A stretch of 64,000 bases of DNA from Bacteroidales bacterium (GCA_025210735.1 JAOARD010000040.1:27347-91346), one strand, 5' to 3'. Shown: positions 48,022 through 58,784, counted from the first letter of the stretch. The notes: generated from the sequence alone by a model not told the origin. A program made the numbers and translations.

Positions 48022-49080
48022 CTACTTAATCATCTTGTTATAGAACGTTGTAAGCTTATCTATAGCCTGATTAACATATTTCTCCTGATCATAAAGATCA
48101 AAATGTTGAGCACCTTTTATCTTATATAACTCCTTTGTTCCTATAGCGCGTTTTACTGCAACTTCGCTAAAATATGCCGATAGAGCCTCTGTACCTACAA
48201 TTGCCAGAAATGGTGTACCACGCATCAGATCCATATGTTCGCTCGGATTAAAGAAATATCTTGTATCAAGCGACATTGCTGCTCTTAGCGGAGTATATGT
48301 TGGTGCAGCACCTCCGCGTTTTGGATTACGATAGTAGTCTGCAGCTCTGTCCCAGAACTCACCCATACCAGAGCCTTTTGCTGGTATACCATCCACAAGA
48401 ACTACCTCTCCTGTTTCGTAGTATTTCTGACGAGCTTCGCTACCCATCTTTATCTGCTGTTGAAACTGCTCTATTTTATCACCTTTAAGAATATCAGAGT
48501 ACTGTGTAGCACCACCAAGACCATAGTCAATAAAATCTACAAAACCACTTACTGTTGCAACAGCCTTTACACGGGCATCAAAACATGCAGTCTGTATACT
48601 GTAACCTGCACCTGAGCAGATACCTAACTCAGCAATCCTGTTCTTATCAACACCCGGAACTGTACCAATAAACGATATAGCGCTCTTTATATCCTCTACC
48701 TTCATTGGAGCATTCTCCATACCACGTGGCATACCACCACTCTCGCCATATGTGCGATGATCAAATGCCAGTGTAACAAAACCTTTTTTTGCCAGTTTTT
48801 CGGCATATATACCTGCTGTCTGTTCCTTTACTCCACTGGCTGGTGTTATTACCACAATGGCTCTGTAGTTACCTTTTTTATTATACCCCTTGGGTACAAA
48901 AAGATGTCCTGCAACTCTTGTTCCTTCACTTATGAAACTAACTTTGTTCTTTCCTGTTAAATAATCTGTTTTATAAGTAGCATTACTCTGTTTTACAGCT
49001 TTCTGTCCGTATACGTTTAGTACCGACATAACCAGCATGAATGTTGTAATAATACTTAACTGTTTTACTAATGTTCTCAT
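48022..49080 (-). CDS. Alpha/beta hydrolase family protein (secreted)
   Basis: Signal peptide; alpha/beta-hydrolase-like region around LGICSGAGYS (no canonical GxSxG elbow recognised) and C-terminal His region GAQHFDLYD. Confidence 0.65.
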   Translation of the reverse strand: MRTLVKQLSIITTFMLVMSVLNVYGQKAVKQSNATYKTDYLTGKNKVSFISEGTRVAGHLFVPKGYNKKGNYRAIVVITPASGVKEQTAGIYAEKLAKKGFVTLAFDHRTYGESGGMPRGMENAPMKVEDIKSAISFIGTVPGVDKNRIAELGICSGAGYSIQTACFDARVKAVATVSGFVDFIDYGLGGATQYSDILKGDKIEQFQQQIKMGSEARQKYYETGEVVLVDGIPAKGSGMGEFWDRAADYYRNPKRGGAAPTYTPLRAAMSLDTRYFFNPSEHMDLMRGTPFLAIVGTEALSAYFSEVAVKRAIGTKELYKIKGAQHFDLYDQEKYVNQAIDKLTTFYNKMIK

Positions 49081-49591
49081 TCAAATAATGTTTAAAAGTT
49101 AGACGTTATAATCAGACATAGCTATCTCCGGTAGTATCATATTTGGTACTACTAACACGATATTGTTATGTAAGTCTGATTAATTAATATGTTGTCTGTA
49201 TCGCGCGAAAAAAACAACATTGTTTTGTACTGCTTGTATATCTGTTTTGTTTATTATTAATATTTATAATGATAGATGTCAGAATCTATAACTATATACT
49301 CTCCTTTTAAAATTAATATATTGCAAATATATGTTGTGACAAAGTAGGATCAAAATACTAATTTCAGATGGTGATGATAACTATTTTTTATGATAAGTTT
49401 GCAAAAGTAATGAGCACGAGTTGCCGCGGATTTTTTAGACTAAATTTTGAGTAGACGGATAATCTGGTGCTCGTTTGATTATATATGTAAAAGATATGCC
49501 TTGGGGAAAGAGACTGTTTGTTATTGAAGAGAATATGCTACATTTGGATAGAGTAAAGTTAATATGAAGTTTATAATAAAACACCCCCTTT

Positions 49592-50173
49592 ATGAAGATA
49601 TCAAAATATGTAATATTTCCATTAGAAATAGTATTGATTACTGTATTATCCATTTCATTTTTCTCTGAACATGTACTGTTTGATTATATATTGGCTGTAT
49701 TAATGATTGGTTTATTGATATTTAGGATTATTAGGTATTTTAAAGAAAGATCTACGTCAAATATGGAGTTTGACAAAAAGATCAGACTAAGTCATGAGAC
49801 AAGGGTAAATAAGAAGTTCTGGATCTGGATGTTAATTGTTTGGAGTTTTTTAGCAATAATTGGATACTTACATGACTACGATAACATAATGATATGTTAT
49901 GTTAATGTTTTTATATCGGTTAATTGGCTATTGTTTAATGATACAAGTAAACAATTCCTGTTTTGTGATGACAGAGGCAGATGGAACATAAAGTTTGAAG
50001 ACAAGATTGAATGCTTTGATGAGATTATCGGCTACAGACAGGAATCAAAAAGGATAGTTATTAACACAATACGTGGAGAGATTAAACTGCCGAAGTATGA
50101 AAAGGTATTTGAAAATAGATTAATGGCCATTTTAGACAGAGAAGTTGAAATAAGACAATTTAATATAAGATGA
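49592..50173 (+). CDS. Hypothetical membrane protein (3 TM)
   Basis: ORF with hydrophobic helices; overlaps next gene start (operon of three). Confidence 0.35.
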   Translation: MKISKYVIFPLEIVLITVLSISFFSEHVLFDYILAVLMIGLLIFRIIRYFKERSTSNMEFDKKIRLSHETRVNKKFWIWMLIVWSFLAIIGYLHDYDNIMICYVNVFISVNWLLFNDTSKQFLFCDDRGRWNIKFEDKIECFDEIIGYRQESKRIVINTIRGEIKLPKYEKVFENRLMAILDREVEIRQFNIR

Positions 50174-50634
50174 TTATGAGGTATATATTATTAATCCTTC
50201 TTCTTCTACCTGTTAATATGTTTGTGCAGGAAAATATAACTTCAGACTCAGATGTTGACAGATGCTTGAATGATACAATAAGAGATGATGTTTACATTAT
50301 AGCAGAGCAGATGCCAAAACTTATTAACGGAGAGTCAATAACCTCATATTTCAACAGTCGGTCTTTTATAGTGGATTCTTGCTGTCTTTTTAAGGCTTGT
50401 ATTAGTTTTGTTGTTGAGACAGATAGTACAATAACAGATAAGATGATTAATGTTAGCACTGTAAATTGTAAACAAAAAGGTTTGATTTATAGTGGAGCTG
50501 AAATAGAATCAGTGAGATTGAAAATAGATAGTATTCTGAGTAATATGCCTGAATTAGTGCCGGGTAGAATTAACAATAAGAGTGTTGCTGTTATGATATC
50601 TATCCCTATTCATGTTGATTGTTTTATTCGATGA
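50170..50634 (+). CDS. TonB C-terminal domain-like protein
   Basis: Signal/TM anchor then IIAEQMPKLINGES resembling the AEQMPxFPGG start of TonB_C domains. Confidence 0.4.
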   Translation: MIMRYILLILLLLPVNMFVQENITSDSDVDRCLNDTIRDDVYIIAEQMPKLINGESITSYFNSRSFIVDSCCLFKACISFVVETDSTITDKMINVSTVNCKQKGLIYSGAEIESVRLKIDSILSNMPELVPGRINNKSVAVMISIPIHVDCFIR

Positions 50635-51245
50635 TTTACAGAAATTACAAATGTATGAGATTAAGATTAACAATAATATTAATACTGTTGATAAATATTC
50701 AATTAAGAGTTGAAGCTCAGGATATAATAGTTTATGAAGATGTACGTAGAGAACTGGTAAATTATGGTAGTTTGGAGATTATTTCTGTTTACTCTTATCA
50801 TTTAAAGCAAAATTCGGAACTCTATCTTATAGATATAATGAGACCGGGAACTTTCTCAGAACCACCTGAATTTGATATTAAGACAAAAAAACAACTTACA
50901 ATAGATTTTGAGGCTGACTCTTTAATGTTAAAGCGAATTATCGATTTTATGGATAATAATAGGTTTTTAGATTCGCTATATGTGAGAATAAATGATCGTT
51001 ATATAAATATTAAAACAACTGATAATATTTTTTGTGATTATGAGACTCTTGTGGTTATTGATTTTGTACATAGATATAAAGGAGAACTGATGCAAACATA
51101 TACTAAGATTGATGATATTAATCAATTGGATTTGCTTATATCTGGATTAGAAGATATTCTCGGTGTAAAGAAACCTAAATTTCTCAAGGACTATAAGGAG
51201 AGTATAAGAAAACTTAGAGATATAAAATATTGTCCATTAAACTGA
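50619..51245 (+). CDS. Hypothetical secreted protein
   Basis: N-terminal hydrophobic signal; no motif recognised. Confidence 0.35.
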   Translation: MFYSMIYRNYKCMRLRLTIILILLINIQLRVEAQDIIVYEDVRRELVNYGSLEIISVYSYHLKQNSELYLIDIMRPGTFSEPPEFDIKTKKQLTIDFEADSLMLKRIIDFMDNNRFLDSLYVRINDRYINIKTTDNIFCDYETLVVIDFVHRYKGELMQTYTKIDDINQLDLLISGLEDILGVKKPKFLKDYKESIRKLRDIKYCPLN

Positions 51246-51510
51246 GGAGCTGTATAGTCGTTTGATTATAAGTTATTAAGAATGTCAAAAAGTATGAGTT
51301 AACTTATATTGAATCTCCCGCTTACTTTTGTTGTAAAGACAATCGAGACTTCTGGTTATAGATGTTTAAAGAGTCATCTGTATAATTCCGTTTTTAAAAT
51401 TAATTTCAAATATAGTTGCTAAGGAAACTAAATTGCTTTATGTTTGTATCCGTGGAAACTAAAAGTGGTTTTAAATAGTATTGTTATTTGTAATTAAGAA
51501 TAGATAGTAT

Positions 51511-51972
51511 ATGGAAGAGAAATTAGATAGTTTGAATTTGGCTCCGGTAGTTATTGGTAAGCTGTTAAATATTGGCGGAATGTTACAGCGTCATGGTGAC
51601 AGATTATTATTGCCTTTTAACTTGAATCAGCAACAGTTCACGATCTTTTTTGAGATTGCTAAAGCAAATAAAGTCAGACAAAAAGATATTGTTAACAGAT
51701 TAATGCTTGAAAAGGCTCATATATCAAAGGTTGTTAAAAAGTTACAAGATATGGGGCTTATTACTGTTGCAGCATCTGGTGAAGATAAGCGTTCGTTCTG
51801 GTTATTGGCAACAGAAAAGGGGAAACAGGTAATTAATGAGTGTATGATGATTTTTGAAGAGTGGAACAAAGAGTGGCTCAGTGAAATTGACGATAAACAG
51901 CTTGCATTGGTTATTGAGAACCTGACTTTGTTGCAATCTGTATTTAAGAGTAAAACAGATAATAAAAGATAA
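51511..51972 (+). CDS. MarR family transcriptional regulator
   Basis: Winged-helix region QQQFTIFFEIAKANKVRQKDIVNRLMLEKAHISKVVKKLQDMGLI. Confidence 0.8.
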   Translation: MEEKLDSLNLAPVVIGKLLNIGGMLQRHGDRLLLPFNLNQQQFTIFFEIAKANKVRQKDIVNRLMLEKAHISKVVKKLQDMGLITVAASGEDKRSFWLLATEKGKQVINECMMIFEEWNKEWLSEIDDKQLALVIENLTLLQSVFKSKTDNKR

Positions 51973-51976
51973 TAAT

Positions 51977-52474
51977 ATGGTTATGAAGCTAAAAAATAGT
52001 TTGAAATTATTTGTGTACGGTTTACTTGTTATAATATCTGTAGGTTGTGCAAAAAGTAATAAAGAGGAGAAAACCGTGCAGAGAAGAGTAATAAATCCTT
52101 GGACATGGCAGGATAAGTATGGATTTGTGCAATCTAATGAGGTAACAAATTCAAATAGGATATTATATACAGCAGGAATAGTATCGGTTGATAGGGATGG
52201 TAATCTGCTTTATCCAGGAGATATGGCAAAACAGGTAGCTAAAGTTCTTGATAATATGGAGGTATTGCTTAAAGAGGCTGGCTATAGTATGTCAGATGTT
52301 GTAAGGTTTACATACTACACAACCAATGTTCAGGAGTTTACAAATTCAGGTAGTAAGGTATTAATTAATCGTTTAAAGGAAACAAATTGCAAACCAGCTA
52401 CTTCGTTAATTGGTGTAGCATCGTTGTTTCACCCTGATTGTGTTGTTGAGATAGAGGCTGTTGTAGCTAATTAG
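51977..52474 (+). CDS. RidA (YjgF/L-PSP) family protein, lipoprotein form
   Basis: Lipobox SVGC; YTAGIVSVDRDGNLLYPGDMAKQ and C-terminal VEIEAV match the RidA fold; adjacent MarR suggests a regulated pair. Confidence 0.75.
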   Translation: MVMKLKNSLKLFVYGLLVIISVGCAKSNKEEKTVQRRVINPWTWQDKYGFVQSNEVTNSNRILYTAGIVSVDRDGNLLYPGDMAKQVAKVLDNMEVLLKEAGYSMSDVVRFTYYTTNVQEFTNSGSKVLINRLKETNCKPATSLIGVASLFHPDCVVEIEAVVAN

Positions 52475-52490
52475 TTGTGTGATATAACTA

Positions 52491-52545
52491 TTGTAGGCAC
52501 GAGCTATAGCAAATTTTGAATATTGCGGGTTCTTGACCACGTAAG
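52491..52545. repeat. GGCACGAG repeat copy 3 (1.3 units)
   Basis: TGTAGGCACGAGCTATAGCAAATTTTGAATATTGCGGGTTCTTGACCACG, a circular permutation of the unit at 47977-48016. Confidence 0.55.
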
Positions 52546-52767
52546 CTAGTGCTGGCATTTGAGTCTTAATTTTTAATAAAGCTTACCATTTATAAAATAG
52601 TTTCGGCATCTCGTTCTGTTATCAGTGCTCTTTACAAAGAGTACGGTTTTAATAATTAGTAATTTCTCATATTTATTGTGATAAGTGCTTATGTAATTAA
52701 GTAAAGTATATAATAAGGAGCTTGTAATTATTGTGATATCGGGCTCTGTTAAATATGAGTAATAAAT

Positions 52768-53202
52768 ATGAAATTGAATGAATATTTATCTGATGGTAGT
52801 TTTATAACTTTTATTCCGGGGCAATCGTCAGAGATTGAACTGAATAAAACCAGTATTCAGTTTGATGAATTCTTAAACAAAAAAGGTGCTGAAAGCTTTG
52901 TATTTGTCTCTTATGATGATTTAACTAAGCTTAGACCTATTAATAGTCCTGAGGATGAGAAGGAGTATAATGATAGTGTTGATGATTCCTGTTATTATAA
53001 GTTGAATATGACAGTTGGCGAACAAGGTTGGTTGTTTTATCTAGGAGGTTTTAAACCATATAGTAACTACAGTGCAATAACAGGTCTGTTTATTCTAAAT
53101 GTTAATGAAGATGAGATTAAATCTTTTGTTTCATTAGCTGGTTACAATTGGTTTGTTTATGGATCAAAAGGAGAGTCTGCTAAATTGGTTGAGTGGGATT
53201 AA
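52768..53202 (+). CDS. Hypothetical protein
   Basis: ORF only. Confidence 0.35.
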   Translation: MKLNEYLSDGSFITFIPGQSSEIELNKTSIQFDEFLNKKGAESFVFVSYDDLTKLRPINSPEDEKEYNDSVDDSCYYKLNMTVGEQGWLFYLGGFKPYSNYSAITGLFILNVNEDEIKSFVSLAGYNWFVYGSKGESAKLVEWD

Positions 53203-53448
53203 TATTTTATAAGTTCTGAACCTTAACAGTTTCTAAAGGTGTGATTATTATTTAAGCCTCTTTTTGTATTTAATGGTTCTTTAATTACCATTTATAAAAT
53301 AGGAGTAGCATTTCATCTGAATATAACTACACCTCACAAAGAGTATAGTTTTAGGAAATAGTTATTTCTGATATTGGGATGAAAAATGAGTCTTTTGAAT
53401 TTGTTTTAATAGTCTTTATAATCTGAAGATTTATCTGACTCATTCGCA

Positions 53449-53952
53449 TTGTACAATATTAAAAACAGGAGTAATATGTTAAGTTTAATTTTGGATCGCG
53501 TACTGCGCGATGTTCAGAGAAAAGTTACAAATGAGGTTTCTGAAAAAGCAACAGATGCTGTAAGTGGACTGTTTAATAGAAAGAGAAAATCAAAAGAGAA
53601 AGAAGTGACCAAGAAATCTGATGGTTCGGATCTGTTAACAGCTTGCCTTTATGTTGCTTTTGCTGCTTCATATGCCGATGGTACTCTTGATAAATCTGAG
53701 GAAGAAGAGATAGAGAAAGTTAAAAACAAGCTTGCTTCTGAAGGTAATGGCGATTTAGCTATAAAGATGATGCAGATAAAAGGAGAGAAGCCATCGTTTG
53801 GAACAGCAATGAAATATGTTGATAAAATAGAGAAGGATAAACTCCCTGTTTTTGATGGCATTATTGATGATATTCTTAAAGCAGATGGTTCTGTTGATGA
53901 GACAGAGGAGTCATTCCTAAAAGAGTGGGAAAGTTATAAATCAGGAAGATAA
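53449..53952 (+). CDS. TerB-like (tellurite-resistance TerB/DjlA N-terminal domain) protein
   Basis: LYVAFAASYADGTLDKSEEEEI...DGIIDDILKADGSVDETEESFL is the TerB acidic two-helix repeat pattern. Confidence 0.5.
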   Translation: MYNIKNRSNMLSLILDRVLRDVQRKVTNEVSEKATDAVSGLFNRKRKSKEKEVTKKSDGSDLLTACLYVAFAASYADGTLDKSEEEEIEKVKNKLASEGNGDLAIKMMQIKGEKPSFGTAMKYVDKIEKDKLPVFDGIIDDILKADGSVDETEESFLKEWESYKSGR

Positions 53953-53996
53953 TTAGCTAACTATAAAATAGCGACATTCTTTGTAGTTTGTTTATA

Positions 53997-54030
53997 AAAC
54001 GCAGAAGTAGTATACTGTCTGCGTTTTTTG
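53997..54030 (+). terminator. Terminator after TerB-like gene
   Basis: AAAACGCAGAAGTAGTATACTGTCTGCGTTTTTTG. Confidence 0.7.
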
Positions 54031-54101
54031 TATATGTTTAGTTGTAGTAGATTTTAATATACCGTTATTTTAATCTTTCTTACTAATATATGTAGATTGT
54101 A

Positions 54102-54530
54102 ATGGACAGATTGGTTTTAAGAGTTATTAAACGTGCAGATTTAAGTATGAAACGTGGTGATATCAGAAGAGCAATAGGTATTTATGAAGGATCTTTTCAG
54201 CACTACTCTACTGTTCAGGAGGTTCATAACAGAGTTGCTGAACTATATATAGAAGTGGGTGATATGGTTAGAGCCGGACGTCATCTGTACTTTAAAGAAG
54301 ACCCTTCTGATATTGAGAAGGAGTGTATAACAATGTTTGAAAAGAGATGTGATAATAGTCCTGTGCTAATTCTAAAAAATATTATTAGTAAGGAAAATTT
54401 TAAGATCATACCCCTTGATAACAAGGTTAAAAGAAGGTTAAGATATCTTGTAAATGGGGCTGTGGATGAGGCTGGAACTGTACCTAATTTTCTGAAAGGG
54501 ATAAAACGACATCTGGATAAAACACTCTGA
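54102..54530 (+). CDS. Hypothetical protein
   Basis: ORF only. Confidence 0.35.
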   Translation: MDRLVLRVIKRADLSMKRGDIRRAIGIYEGSFQHYSTVQEVHNRVAELYIEVGDMVRAGRHLYFKEDPSDIEKECITMFEKRCDNSPVLILKNIISKENFKIIPLDNKVKRRLRYLVNGAVDEAGTVPNFLKGIKRHLDKTL

Positions 54531-54557
54531 AACATTTGCATAGCCGATTTATATTAT

Positions 54558-55259
54558 TTGTATATTGCTCTATATAATTATATCGTTAATATGAAGGTAA
54601 TTACAACGTCTGTATTTGTACTTATTACGGTGTTTAATGTTTCTTGTAAACCCGAAAAACAGTTGGTAATGAAAAAGGTAGCTTTAACCACTGACAGGGT
54701 TAGTATTATTGAATATCAGAATCTGAAGCTTGAGGCAAGCATTTATATATATGGTGAGAACTCTGAGGCTCATTTGGTTGGTGATGTATTGGTTAATATT
54801 ATTGATAATGGTAAAGTGTTAGTAAGTTTCTATATTGATAATAACGATGCCGGACAGATGTATCACAGGCGTATTTATAAGAACTATTTTATGACTCTTG
54901 AGGTTGATAAAGGCGAGTACAGTATTGTGGTTGAGGAGTCGGTATTCGGAAAACCATTTGCACTGCAGAGTGGTTTGGGAGTTGCCAGTGTAGGCGATAT
55001 TGAGCTTGAGATTACAAACTTTATGCATGAATGGACTGTTACGGAATCGGGAGAGCATGATTCTGATGACGTTAACTATACCTTAACAACAAGGGTGGGA
55101 GATGTTGTTGAGAATCACTGTTTCTATAGTAGCGATATAGGCAATGGTTATATTATTGAGTTAGGCGATTATATTATAGAAGTTCTATCAGACAGATATA
55201 ACAACAACGACTGTATTGTTGAGGTGGTTGTTAACAGGTCGTATTTATCACCTATGTAA
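54558..55259 (+). CDS. Hypothetical secreted protein
   Basis: N-terminal signal peptide; no motif recognised. Confidence 0.35.
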   Translation: MYIALYNYIVNMKVITTSVFVLITVFNVSCKPEKQLVMKKVALTTDRVSIIEYQNLKLEASIYIYGENSEAHLVGDVLVNIIDNGKVLVSFYIDNNDAGQMYHRRIYKNYFMTLEVDKGEYSIVVEESVFGKPFALQSGLGVASVGDIELEITNFMHEWTVTESGEHDSDDVNYTLTTRVGDVVENHCFYSSDIGNGYIIELGDYIIEVLSDRYNNNDCIVEVVVNRSYLSPM

Positions 55260-55320
55260 TAAATTACAACATCTGTGTGTTTTAAATTAAAACAATCGCT
55301 ATCTTTGTATTGTAAATCAT

Positions 55321-56115
55321 ATGTATACAACTATGTTAACGCAGAAAGAATTAGGGAAGAGAATATCTGAATTAAGAAAGATAAAGGGTTATTCGCAGGA
55401 TGAATTATCAAAGCTTCTTGATATTTCCAGACCATCAATTACACAGATAGAATTGGGTAGAAGAAATGTAACTGTAATTGAACTTATGAAAGTGGCAGAT
55501 TGTTTGTCGGTTAGTGTTGACTATTTGTTGAGCGATGATTTTGTTATTGATGATATAAATATGTTTGAAACGGATAGTGAGAATAATAAAGATATACGTG
55601 TTGCTATTCCGGAATTAAATGTTAATAAGTTTAGAGAGGTATTACTTTATATTTTGGAAAGATGTGCGGGTAAACCAAATGTAGGAGAAACCTTATTATA
55701 CAAGTTACTGTATTTCTCTGATTTTAATTATTATGAAATATATGAGGAACACCTTACGGGAGCTGAATATAGGAAGTTGCCTTTTGGTCCGGTACCTCAC
55801 AGATTAGATTCTGTGATAATGCAGATGATAGATAGTAAAATGATAGATAGGTTTAAAACCGAGTATCATGGGTTTCCACAGACACGATATATTCCGTTGA
55901 TAAAGCCTGATCTTAGAAACCTTAAAGCTAGTGAAAAGGATGTGGTTGATAAAGTTATAGATCAGTATTCAGATTGGTCGGCATCAGCTATTAGCGAATA
56001 TTCTCATAAAGATATGCCTTGGATAGCATCAAAAGATGGGGAGGTAATTGATTATGAATTGGTGTTTTATCGGGAGCATCCTTATAGTGTAAGAACTTAT
56101 AGTGATGATAATTGA
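55321..56115 (+). CDS. XRE-HTH fused to Panacea (DUF4065) domain: SocA/HigA-like antitoxin
   Basis: N-terminal LGKRISELRKIKGYSQDELSKLLDISRPSITQIELG HTH; C-terminal LLYKLLYFSDFNYYEIYEEHLTGAEYRKLPFGPV Panacea core. Confidence 0.65.
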   Translation: MYTTMLTQKELGKRISELRKIKGYSQDELSKLLDISRPSITQIELGRRNVTVIELMKVADCLSVSVDYLLSDDFVIDDINMFETDSENNKDIRVAIPELNVNKFREVLLYILERCAGKPNVGETLLYKLLYFSDFNYYEIYEEHLTGAEYRKLPFGPVPHRLDSVIMQMIDSKMIDRFKTEYHGFPQTRYIPLIKPDLRNLKASEKDVVDKVIDQYSDWSASAISEYSHKDMPWIASKDGEVIDYELVFYREHPYSVRTYSDDN

Positions 56116-56449
56116 AGAGCTTGACGAATATAGAAAGGATTTAAAGAGGCTCATAAAGAAGTATAAGACACTTAATGATGATATAAGGGTTGTTCATAAG
56201 GTTTTGTCTGTGAGTCCGGGTGGTCGTCCCCCGTTTAGTTTTAAGATTGATAATCTTGGCATAGAGACATGTGTAATTAAGGTTAAGAAGATAGCGAGCA
56301 GATCATTTAAAGGAAGAGGTGTTAATTCCGGTTTCAGACTCATATATGCTCATTTTGAAGAAGAGAACAGAATTGTTATGATTGAGTTGTATCATAAAAA
56401 CAGTAAGGATGTTGAAGACAGAGATAGGATTTTGAAGTATTTCGGCTAG
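56102..56449 (+). CDS. RelE/ParE-superfamily toxin candidate
   Basis: 115 aa, overlaps antitoxin stop by 14 nt; GFRLIYAHFEEENRIVMIELYHKNSKD resembles the RelE/ParE C-terminal beta-strand/HRKD region. Confidence 0.5.
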   Translation: MMIIEELDEYRKDLKRLIKKYKTLNDDIRVVHKVLSVSPGGRPPFSFKIDNLGIETCVIKVKKIASRSFKGRGVNSGFRLIYAHFEEENRIVMIELYHKNSKDVEDRDRILKYFG

Positions 56450-56699
56450 TACGCAATGATTACATATTCTTTATATGCGTTTAACGAAAATGACTCAAAA
56501 GGTGAAATATATCGGTGTTTTACCTGCATATAGTTGTTTAACAATGTATTTATAACTACTGGTATAACTCCCAATATTTCTAGTTGAGAATAATAAATAA
56601 TTATTTTTACTATTATTGTCATGAACCCAAACAGTAGCTTATGAAACTTGCCTCATTAATTAGTGATACAGTTACGCAGATGTGGCATGTTATATGTGA

Positions 56700-58616
56700 G
56701 TGTTGAAACATAAAACTCTATATATGGAACGTCTATTTGCGCGAATATTTACTCTGATTATAATTAATATTTTTGCTTTGTGTACACTATTTGCAAATAA
56801 GCAGAGTGCCAAGGATAGTATTATTCATCTGCTTGATACAAATATTGATGATACAACAAGAATTGATCTGTTATGTGTATTATCGCACACTAGTTTGACC
56901 TCTGATTTTGAACAGAGATTATTTTATCTTCATAGTTCATTGACTACTGCTGAAAAGATAAGTAGCAGCAGCAGAATAGCATATATTAACAAACTTATTG
57001 GTAACCTCTATATGGAACGTTTTGATTCTGTTAATGGGTTTTCGTATCTGAACAGAGCTTATGACTTTTATATTAAAAGTGGTACCGGAGATGAGAAGGC
57101 TGGAATCTTATTGGATCTGGGATATTCATATAGTTTGTTAGATGATAACTACAAAGCATGCAGGTATTATAACAGGGCACTGGAAGATGTAGAACGTGAT
57201 GGACTGAAAGCGCATATATATAATCTGTTGGGGACTGCATATTTTTCTGTAGGTGAATATGATAAATCAATATCTAATTTGTTGGCTGGTACTGAATTGA
57301 TTGATGAGGAGAAGGATGCGTTTGTATCATCACAGATAAATATTAATCTTGGAACTATCTATTTCAGAATGAAAGATTATGAGAAATCTCTAAGTTATTT
57401 TGTAAAAGGTTCTGAGCAGAAGATGAGGCTTGGCGATAAGGTTGGGTTGATAAGAGCCTATAACAATATTGGCAGTGTACTGTATAGCCAGGGAAAGACA
57501 GATGAGACAGAGAGCGTTTATAAAAAGGCATTGGCTCTCGCAAGAGAGATTAATAATGAGTCTCTGATGTCGTTAATTCTTAATAATCTGGGTGAAATAA
57601 CCGGACGTAAGGGAGATCATAAGCAGGCAATTGTATATTTTGAGGAGGCAATGAAACTGAAGTATGCAGCAAGTAATCCGAATCTCTATTCTAATATGGC
57701 AGATGAGTATATGTTGCTTGGTAATAATCAGAAAGCTATTAATTATTATATGAAAGGATATGGTATTGCTAAAAGTAGTGAGAATCTTGAATCTGTAAAG
57801 ATAATATCAAAGAAGATAAGTGACTTTTATAGAGCTAACAGCGATTTTGGCAATGCTCTTAAGTATATAGATATTCATATAGCAAGTAAGGATTCGTTAC
57901 TTAATGAGTTTGTTATGAAACGTGTTCTTGATATGCAGAATAAGTATGAGTCTGAGAAGTTACAGACAGAGATAGAGCTGTTGAGAAAAGAGAATGAACT
58001 TAAGGAGGTTGAGTTATCAGGGTTTAACAGGCTTATTATAATATCTGTTGTTGCTTTTATACTATTCTCATTGGTTATACTTCTTCTGGCACAACGTTAC
58101 AGGTATATGCGTAAGCAATCGTCTGACAGGTTATTACGACAGAAAGATTTATATGATAAGGAGCGTGAGATATTAGAGAAGGAGTTGTTGTCTAAAAATC
58201 ATGAGCTTACCAGCCATATAATGCACGTAACAGAGAAGAATGAATTTATTTACAGGGTAACTCAGGATCTGTTAAATTTGAGTAAATACTTAAAGGTTAG
58301 CAACCAGAAGAGGGTAAGAGAGTTGGTAGATGATCTTAAGAAGAATACAAAAGAGGATATCTGGACAGAGTTTGATATTAGATTTAAGGAGGTACAGAAA
58401 GACTTTTACGATAATCTTAACACAAAGTATCCTGACTTATCTATAGCAGAAATAAGACTATCTGCGTTTCTAAGGATGAATATGACCACAAAAGAGATCT
58501 CAGCAATTACTCATATGTCTCCCGGAGGTATCGATACGGCACGTTCAAGACTAAGAAAAAAGCTTGGAATTATAGACAGCAATATCAATCTTAATACATT
58601 TATAAAGAATATTTAG
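56700..58616 (+). CDS. TPR-repeat membrane-anchored regulator with C-terminal LuxR-type HTH
   Basis: Signal anchor, multiple TPR-like 34-aa repeats (YNLLGTAYFSVGEYDKSI...), TM helix LIIISVVAFILFSLVILLLA, C-terminal LSIAEIRLSAFLRMNMTTKEISAITHMSPGGIDTARSRLRKKLG. Confidence 0.7.
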   Translation: MLKHKTLYMERLFARIFTLIIINIFALCTLFANKQSAKDSIIHLLDTNIDDTTRIDLLCVLSHTSLTSDFEQRLFYLHSSLTTAEKISSSSRIAYINKLIGNLYMERFDSVNGFSYLNRAYDFYIKSGTGDEKAGILLDLGYSYSLLDDNYKACRYYNRALEDVERDGLKAHIYNLLGTAYFSVGEYDKSISNLLAGTELIDEEKDAFVSSQININLGTIYFRMKDYEKSLSYFVKGSEQKMRLGDKVGLIRAYNNIGSVLYSQGKTDETESVYKKALALAREINNESLMSLILNNLGEITGRKGDHKQAIVYFEEAMKLKYAASNPNLYSNMADEYMLLGNNQKAINYYMKGYGIAKSSENLESVKIISKKISDFYRANSDFGNALKYIDIHIASKDSLLNEFVMKRVLDMQNKYESEKLQTEIELLRKENELKEVELSGFNRLIIISVVAFILFSLVILLLAQRYRYMRKQSSDRLLRQKDLYDKEREILEKELLSKNHELTSHIMHVTEKNEFIYRVTQDLLNLSKYLKVSNQKRVRELVDDLKKNTKEDIWTEFDIRFKEVQKDFYDNLNTKYPDLSIAEIRLSAFLRMNMTTKEISAITHMSPGGIDTARSRLRKKLGIIDSNINLNTFIKNI

Positions 58617-58784
58617 TGTTTGTGTAATATATTAAAAAACATTGTGTTGTAATGATTGTTGAGATGTTGTACAGATGTTTTTTTAGTATGCTGCGATTAA
58701 TCTAAGTGCTTATAATGAGCACAGATGTTTTTGATTCATATGTTTGGGTGATCACAGAATTTTTAACTTAAACATTATTGAATC

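Noticed and set aside
49100-49590. Long AT-rich intergenic region before 49592, with a weak hairpin around 49413-49480
   Set aside because: No convincing RNA gene motif, repeat or ORF. Probably a promoter/spacer region.
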